Below, in pieces: positions 50,257 through 58,900 of a stretch of 64,000 nucleotides of DNA; the stretch's first letter is position 1, and each line of letters begins with the position of its first letter. The stretch is from Azolla caroliniana (taxonomy: Eukaryota; Plantae; Polypodiophyta). The stretch is taken from contig JBHGNT010000018.1 of the NCBI GenBank assembly GCA_043228905.1, forward strand, positions 9,486,001 through 9,550,000. The letters are read 5' to 3'. The notes under the pieces were generated by a model, which had not been told where the DNA came from, searched no databases, and saw nothing but the letters and a program-made list of their open reading frames with translations. Position numbers and translations under genes: made by a program.

Positions 50257-50650
50257 GGAAATATTGTATTGCAGAGTAAAAGGGATTACAAGGAGTAGGC
50301 AATAGAGTGCTACAAAATGGCATTGAACCAATTTAGGTTTGGGATGATTGATAGATCCCTATTTATAAGTAATAGAGAACAGTCTAGAAGATTATAGGTC
50401 ATCCTAGAATGTATAGTAATCTAGAAGGTTTCTAGAGTATTCTAGAAGGTTCTAGTATATAGAACACTCTAGAATATTCTAGGTTATTCTAGAATGTAGA
50501 GTACCATAGAATATTCCTATGATATTAGATTATATATTCTAAAAACTATACATATAAGAATATTAATACAATGGTTAAGGATTTGACATGTGTACAACAA
50601 GGTCGTGGGTTCAAATCCTTTCGGGGCATGATGTGAGTGTCATCATGACA

Positions 50651-51069
50651 GGTGAGGGTTCTAACTTGGCGAGGAAGGTGGGAAAGTCCTCCAATAGAGG
50701 TGACGAAGTTTCTACTAAAGGTGCAAACCAAGCTTGGGCCAGACTGGAGAGGAGGGTGCCCACAAGACCAACTTGTCGAAGACCATCTGCATAACATTGA
50801 GGGTGTAGCTGAATGATTAGACGAATTTGGTTGATGAAACCCTGGAAACGTGACCTCGTTCCATCAAATTTTTTTGGGAGGCTAATCTTAGGGTCAAGAA
50901 AATGAGAAAAAGCTAGAACAGATGCTGGTAGAAGATTGGGCTCCGGGCTAGGTTGTGGTGGGACACTAGGTTCCATGGGTTGTGAGGATAGGGAGGCACC
51001 GACTTGAAGTTCTCCTAAAGAATTCTGAAGAGCTTCATTTTCAAGCTGGAGTTGTTGTAAGGTTGTCAT
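50651..51069 (-). pseudogene. Tcn1-A gag N-terminus
   Basis: PKISLPKKFDGTRSRFQGFINQ..AQAWFAPL (PEG10/DUF4939-like gag). Confidence 0.85.
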
Positions 51070-51496
51070 TGTCTTGCTTAAGTACAGGTTGGGTCCGACA
51101 TAACTATGGCTAATGAGAAGGAGAGCTACGAGGATGGGACGGTGAACAAACTATCACGGGTAGAAAATATACACAAGAGAGTTGAAGATAATCAAAGGGA
51201 TGAGTTGATTAATTGAAAGACTTTGTAACTGGTGTTGTTCACCTTGATTATAATCTAGATGAACACACATATTTATACAAGTTCTGAGATTGAATATCTC
51301 TAGAATATACTCGTGTAGAATATACCATAGAACATTTCTAGAATATACTAAAGACTAGAATATTCTATATGCTAGGCTATATAATATTAACCATATAGAA
51401 TTTATATATAACTTAAGGGTTTCCAAATGGTTGATCTAATACTACATATTAGGTTTGTTATAGGTCAGAGGTTCGAGTCACATCCTAGATGTGACA

Positions 51497-52561
51497 TTAT
51501 GCATCTTTTAGATCTTTTTGCTTGCTTCCCATGCAATTCTAGGAAGTCGATGTGAGGGACTTTTTTGAACCTTAAGCATGTATTCAACAACCCTTTCCAT
51601 GGCCATGATCTCAATGGGAACTGATCCCGTCTCAAGGAGGAGGGTGTAGAGCGTTTGTTTCTTAACTTGTAGAAACTTTGTAAGAAAATGTTTTTGGACA
51701 TTTTCCAACTCTTTCCACGTAGATTTAGGGATGCTATTGCCCCATACGTCCACCCCATAGAGAAGAACTGGTGTCACCAAAGTGTCGAAAAGAGATTTCT
51801 TGAGGACCCAACACTTAATATATCCAAGAATGCATGTGTTCTCAAATGCATAGTATGCTCGATTACCCGCCTCTAAGCAGCATGTAGCACATTCATTCCA
51901 TCTATGATTTGAAGGAACTTTAAGGCCAAGATATTTGAAGCTTTCCACACATTCAAGTGGCTCATTGTTGTACATAAAGCATGGTTTATCTCTTTTTTGG
52001 CTCTTCACAAGCATAATCTTTGTTTTAGAGCTATTGACACTTAATTTAGTATGCATGCAAATTTTTTCCAATGCCTTCATAAGCTTTGGTGCATCTCCTA
52101 AAGTATTTGCAGAAAGCACTACATAATCTGCATATAGCAAAAGCATAATCATAACATTCCCAATGGCAACTTCTTCAACACATTCTGCCTTTGTAAACTT
52201 GGTAACCATTTCTTCCAATTCATCAATACATAGACCAAATACTATTGGTGAGAGTGGGCATCCTTGCTTAACACCAATTGTGCTATTGAAAAAATCTGAA
52301 AGTCTATCTCTCATACGCACACAACATATAACCTTCTCATAAATTTGGGAAATTGCAAGCATATATTCACTTGGCACCCCAAGTTCTTCATTTCGCCTCC
52401 AAAGATGCTCACGAGGTACCATATCAAAAGCTTTCTTGAAGTCTACAAAGCAACAATATAAACCTTTACCTTTAAGACGACCTTTCTCCATTAATACTCG
52501 AAGGGTGACAATGTGATCAATGGTGCAATGGTGTTTTCGAAAGCCAGTTTGTCCATAAGCT
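51497..52561 (-). mobile_element. LINE ORF2 reverse transcriptase region (RTE/RTEX-like), runs into the assembly gap
   Basis: QTGFR, FVDFKKAFD, GVKQGCPLSP, LLYADY (degenerate YADD), FKYLG. Confidence 0.9.
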
Positions 52562-52661
52562 NNNNNNNNNNNNNNNNNNNNNNNNNNNNNNNNNNNNNNN
52601 NNNNNNNNNNNNNNNNNNNNNNNNNNNNNNNNNNNNNNNNNNNNNNNNNNNNNNNNNNNNN
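52562..52661. other. Assembly gap (100 N)
   Basis: Run of N. Confidence 1.
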
Positions 52662-52692
52662 AACACAAATAGCAAAAAGTGGACTTTCAATA

Positions 52693-52875
52693 GAAATCCG
52701 ATGCATTGCATCGGATTTCTTTTGAAAATTCATTATTTTCAATTTCTATATAGTTATTTATGAGAAAATAGACAAACAAAATACCAAAAAAATTCTAAAA
52801 ACTATGAAAATTTGGAAAAAAATAAGAAAAAGTGGATTTTCTACGGAAATCCGATGCAGTGCATCAGATTTCCAT
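52693..52875. repeat. Two copies of the palindrome GAAATCCGATGCA.TGCATCGGATTTC in AT-rich DNA
   Basis: Hairpins at ~52693-52719 and ~52846-52872. Confidence 0.7.
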
Positions 52876-53675
52876 TGAAATCTATTTTTTATAGAAAAAA
52901 TTCAAAAAAATTCAAAAAAATTCAAGAAAAAAAGCAAATTTGGAAGAAAATACGTTGTCGTAGTGTATTCCACACACTACGTGAAAACCATAAAATAATA
53001 TATCCGAATTTAGATACATATAAATAATAAATAATATATCAAAAGAATTTATCACGTGCATAGGGCAAGATTCAAACCATGCACCTCCACGTAGATAAAC
53101 CCCAACTTTACCATTGTAATAACTATCTTTAGTGGTTATAAATATAGATTTAATACGTATAAGACCTTTATTTACACATACCTTTATTAAAAGGTAAAAA
53201 TCATGTATTCTTTAGAGTGTGAATATTTTATTTACACGTGACATTAAAAGTGACTCATGCACGTCTAGCGTGCACGAGCCCTATATTTAGGAAATGACAA
53301 AACATCACATGCACATTTAGTGTGCATGGGCACTTTAGGTGAAAAAGCATGAAGCCATGCTTAGCCTCTTCCTTCTTTATATAAGGAGGAGAAAAATATG
53401 TATATGGTTGTTGATTAATATAGAAGAATTGATCAATCTAATAGATTCGGGGGATTCACGAATTTTGCCATCTAATTGCTCTAATAATCTAAATATTGTT
53501 TTAATTACACTAAACTCGTGGGATTCACGAGGTTACTATCTTACTTCTCTTCCTATTATTCATAACTAGCCTTAAGTTGTATTCCTCTTCCTCCTAGTCC
53601 AAAACCTCGGCGGTTCCCACCCGACTCACGCAACGATCCGGAGCCGAAGGGCACGACACAGTTGGTGAACCCGAC

Positions 53676-55739
53676 GTGAAAACGGGTGGCAAGGAGATGG
53701 AAAATCAACCGGAGGCTACCAACATGATGATGATGTTCGAGCGCATGCTACAAGAACAACGCGCGATGTCGGAGATAGCGGCATCAGTGGAGCGGCTCGT
53801 GCAACGAAACGGGCAATTCAACGGGAAAGACGTGTCGCGGTATCTTCGGGATTACAAGGCGGAGATGCTACGGTGCGGAATATCGGAAGGACTGCAAGTG
53901 ACGTCCTTCAACCGGGTGGCGACCGACGGGCTTCAAGCAAGCATCCATGGGCTACGACAGCAAAATCCGACATGGGAGGCGTTTGAAGTAGAGCTAAAGA
54001 GGGCGTTCGCCATCGAGGATTCCTCCAAGGCGACGCAAAGGGGATTCGAAGATTGGGTGGAGACGCCGGACAAGGGATTGAAGGCCGTTGATGTGTTTTC
54101 GGCATTCGAAAGCCAGTTCGGGAGGTTGTCCGCGAGAGATCAAGCTATCCTTGTACCGGACAAGGTGATCATGTTCTTGCGAGCCGTGGACGTCCGGGAC
54201 CGGAAAGATCTCGGAGTGCTCTTGGAGGACACAACCACGGAGAGCGGCCTCACCGAAACATGGGAAAGCGTGCGGGATATCGTCGCGCGATACACGAAGA
54301 GGGGGCAATGGATTGCCGACGAGGAAAAGAGGGTTTCGGAACCGATTCCGAAACCGAGAACCGGATTGGAAGACCATCAACTGAGGGCTCGAGAGACTAC
54401 AACCGAGAAGGGGATTGATGCATCTACGGTGGAGCAACTATTGAAGGAGATGGAGAATTTGAAGATCGCGATGGTGAAGAAGTCGGATGACCGCCCCACA
54501 AGCTCCAAGTATATGGACCGACGGTGCATATGGTGCGATAGCGCCGAACACGATCGGAGGGATTGTGACGAGCATAAGGAGGCGCTACGGCGGGATCTCA
54601 TCTACTACGAGGGAAACCGGATTCATTCGATGGACTCTCGGAAGCCACTCCGACCGAACTTCCGGAAAGGCGGCATGAAGAAGGTGCTCGAGGAGGAATT
54701 GGCGGCGAGAAGCAACTATGCGACAACCGCGGGAATATGTGTCGGGGAGTCATCGAGAGCAAAGACGTCTTTTTGGCCGGAAGTTCTAGAAAACACCGAG
54801 AAAACCGACTCCAACGAGATCCGAAGCACCGCGGAAGGCGTCCGGGAAGCTACGGGATGGGAGTGCCCTGTCGACAAGAATAGCGTATACGCCCTGTGTC
54901 AATTGCATAAGGTGTATGTGGATGAGAAACGACGATGAACGGAGGATGCGGCCGGTCCATCGAAGATACCGGAAAGCTGGAACTCCGGAGGTAAGGGAAA
55001 AGAAAAGGCGACTCCGGCATTCAAGCTCGCCTCGGACATAGAACAACAAACCGACTTGAAAAGAGTGTTCGAGGAAAGAATCTTGGATAGCCGGGTAGAT
55101 TTCTCGCTTCGGGAGCTACTCGGAATAGCAAAGAAGGAGTTCCACGATCTTCTCGTGGATCTCGTGAAGCGAAAAAGACAAAGTACGGAGGAAAATGCTC
55201 CAAGGGTGAATGCGAACACTGTTTTAATGAACAACACCGAAGCGGAGGACGAAATTCCGAACTCCCACTATACAAGGCCACATTGGGCACGCGCGACTAC
55301 GGAGACTCCGGTCCGAATCGGCAACATCAAAGAACCCGTGCTAGCATTGATTGATCACGGATCGGAGATCAACTTGATGTCCAAGGAGTTCTACCGGAAG
55401 GGGAAGTGGCCTATTAACACCAACCATGGATGGAAGATTCGGGCGGCCACCAAAGCAACGGAAGATCTATTTGCGGCTTGTCCGGATGTGACGGTGAAGA
55501 TCGGGGATGTCGAGATTGACCAAAATTTCTTCGTGCAAGATGAGGTTTCACATTCCGTCATCCTTGGCCAACCCTTTATCACGGCATCACGGATGGAGAC
55601 GAAGGTGCTCGATAGCGGTGCGGCTTTTGCGCGAATTCGGAGCCAAAACGGTGGGAAATCCGTCCAATTCCTAACGGTGCCGGCAAATCACGAAAGGAAC
55701 AAGAGGGAACTCTTGTCCCAAGTGAGAATGGATTTTTAA
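53676..55739 (+). pseudogene. Phygy-C gag-protease ORF1 (one stop at 54938)
   Basis: CIWCDSAEH..C and IDHGSEIN; ends RMDF*. Confidence 0.88.
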
Positions 55740-55977
55740 AGCGGACTGTTGCAGAGTGGGGAAGTGATAGTCCGAGAAGCCCTGATACCCCACACAGGAA
55801 GAAAACTCTCGGAGCAAAACATGTACGAATAGGTCCGGATGGGGCATCTACGTACACGACCGTAACCGGAGGATTGAAGAAAGGATACCGACAAGTGGAG
55901 GATAAGTTGCGGTCGGCATCAATAATAAAAGAAGATGAAGAAATCGTGGGGATAGTCGAAGAAGTGTTCTATGGGAG

Positions 55978-58900
55978 TGTCGAATACATGTGTATAATGG
56001 ACGTATTCACACCATCCCGTTTCGGCCATTTATGTAATTAGCATAAAGGGTAGTTGCCCTAAGTCGGTCACTATATATAGTGACCTTGTAACCTCTTTGT
56101 GAGGTTGGCTGTTGTATTATTACTTTATGCAATAAGAAAGTCTTTTGTGTCTCTCTCTCTCTCTCTCTCTCTCTGTGCAACGACCTACATTCTGTCATAC
56201 ACAGGGAATAAACAGGAATCGAGTGCTTCAAGATCTTCCGCACTGACGACATTGCTTCCAACATCTGGTATCAGAGCATGCACAGTAGTCGGTCCTTCAA
56301 TCCGCTGTCGGCCGTCGTCTCTGCACTCGGTTTCCTGCGTCATTCGAAGAAAGAGAGAAGAAGAACAAAAACGAGGTTTGCACCTCATCGCGTTAGATCC
56401 TCTTGCTTGGAGTAAGCCCTCAGGTTGTACTCTGTTCCTTGTGATCGTAACCGCTCGAGGTGAAATCCCCTTGCGCATCATTGACACGATCGTGCTCCAT
56501 TCGGTTAAACGGCATCCGAAGAGGTCACCAAACGCTGCTCGTTGTAACCACTCGGTGCAGATCGGTCTCAAGACAACAACCCCAAATTCGTGCTTCATCA
56601 GGCTGATCGACATTCGAGAGGATCAGTTAGATCCATCTCCCTCGTCGCTGCAGTCACCCGAAGCAGAATCGGTCCAGATAATCGGTTTCAATTATCGGTA
56701 TTCGGCATATATATCCGAAGCGAACCGGGCTCACTCCGACTCGGCCACATTCGGGAAGACCAGTCGGTTCTGTCCCTCAAGTTACCGGAGTCAATTCGAG
56801 CAAGTTCCGAAGCCGAACCGACTCGGGTTCAAATCCGACTAGAACGATATCGGGTGAGCCAACCGGCTGCACTCCAACAAGGTTCGTAGTCAACTCCGAA
56901 CCGAGCTTCGTCAACCGAAACCGAATTTGATGGCATCAACATCCGGCTCGTCAGAAATGAGTCTACGAAAGTTCGATGGATCGAACTTCAACTTCTGGAA
57001 GGAACAAATGCAGGACTATCTCATAGTCAAGGGGCAAATCGATCCCATCGAAAATGAAGAACCTCCAGAAGGATACAAACCAATTGAGTGGCAGAAGCTG
57101 GACAGAATTGTCCGCGCCACGATTCGGATGCACCTATCGGAATCGGTATACTTTACGGTGCAATCGTGTACGACAGCATTCGAACTGTGGAAAACACTGT
57201 CGGACACTTACGAAAAGAAGGTCGCCGCAACGAAGATGTTTCTGATCCGGCGCCTCTACAACTTGCGGATGAAAGAATCCGATTCGGTTCAAGCACACCT
57301 CAATGAGTACGAAAGCATCAGCTCCCAAATCTCATCTCAGGGGACGGCAATCGAGGATGAACTCAGAGCAATGATACTCATGAGCAGCCTTCCCTCATCA
57401 TGGGAAACTTTCGTCACAACCGTGTGCAACGCGTCAACCACGGCTGTTAAATACTCCGAAGTCACGAGCGCAATCCTGACTGAAGCAGCTCGGAGAAAGT
57501 CTTTCGCCAAAGACTCAACAGATGACGCTTACGTAGTACAAGGTTCGACAGACCGATCGAACATACGAGGAAGAGATTCCTCACGACCGCCGAACAATCA
57601 GCGAAGACGGAGCCAGTCACGGGATAACCGAATCTGCAACTATTGCAAGAAACCCGGACACATCAAAGCCGACTGCCGCGCACTCAAGAACAAGAACAAC
57701 AAGAAGAGTGGCCGGCATGAGGAGGTCAATTACGTCAGCTTCTCAGCTGATGTACTACCGGACGACCCGAATATACTATCAATCGAAAATCCAGTCGGAT
57801 CAGAAGTTCTACTCACGACTGAAGAATCGAGCACATGGCTCTTAGATTCGGGCGCGTCATTTCACGTGACTCCTCATCGATCCCAATTTCGGCAATACAC
57901 GATCCGTCACTCCGACTCAGTTCGGGTCGGTAACTCGCAACACTGTGACATCATCGGAATCGGCACAGTAGAGCTCAACCTTGCAGGTGGCTCTACACTT
58001 GTACTCCACAATGTCCGACATGTACCCGAGCTCTCAAGGCCATTGATCTCAGTCGGACAACTAGATGAAGACGGCATTCGTGCCGGTTTTTCTTCGGGAG
58101 GGTGGACACTCCACAGGGGGAACCTCCTGCTTGCTAGAGGACCCAAGATACACTCCCTGTATCCGTTACATGTTACGCTCAGAGAGGGTAACCTGTTTTT
58201 GGTGGATATTCCTGTGTCATCACTATGGCACCGACGATTGGGACATCTCAGCAAGGCCGGCATCACGCACCTATCTAGAGCCGGATACATCCCCAAACTC
58301 TCCTTCTCGGACCATCAATTCTGCGAGCATTGCCAGTATGGCAAACAAGTAGCCGCATCACACCCGACATCAGCACCAAGAGAAACGAGACCTCTCGATT
58401 TAGTCCATTCGGACGTCTGTGGCCCAATGCCGCATCAGTCTCTAGGCGGTGCCTCTTACTTCGTCAGTTTTATTGACGATTCGACTCGAAAGGTGTGGGC
58501 TTATCCAATTCGCACCAAAGATCGGGTCTTCTCGATCTTCTCCGATTGGCTCGCTATGGTAGAAAATCAAACCGACCGAAAACTGAAATGCTTTCGGACA
58601 GACAATGGGGGAGAGTTCAAATCCGAAGAATTCGTCAAATTCTGCCGACAACGCGGCATCCGACGTGAATTTACGGCACCACACAGTCCGGAGCAAAACG
58701 GGATTGCCGAACGCATGAATCGGACAATCCAAGAACGGATAGTTTCCATGCTCCAACACTCCGGACTGTCGGATGGCTTCTGGGCAGAGGCTCTACTCAC
58801 GGCAGTACACATAATCAATATGTCGCCAAGTAGACCTCTAGGACTTCAAATTCCTCAGGAACTATGGATCGGCAGTAAGCCGAATTACGACAAGCTGAGG

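Larger units (their letters stand above)
37348..50650 (-). mobile_element. Tcn1-like chromovirus B, nested in the gag of Tcn1-A
   Basis: LTRs 50192-50650 and 37348-37788, TSD GGTGA, PPT next to 37789, pol at 41688-37790 with chromodomain. Confidence 0.92.
15307..51496 (-). mobile_element. Tcn1-like chromovirus A, expanded to 36 kb by five direct nested insertions
   Basis: LTRs 51152-51496 and 15307-15679, TSD TTATG, PPT next to 15680; gag 51069-50651 and 37342-36800; PR/RT/RH/INT pieces between the inserts; chromodomain (EYGVNQILDS..YLVFWKGY..TWEP) at ~15750-15860. Confidence 0.92.

Noticed and set aside
56099-56842. 247-aa ORF in the copia-2 LTR and leader
   Set aside because: Starts at a non-ATG codon within the LTR, crosses a (CT)n tract and has no recognisable domain.
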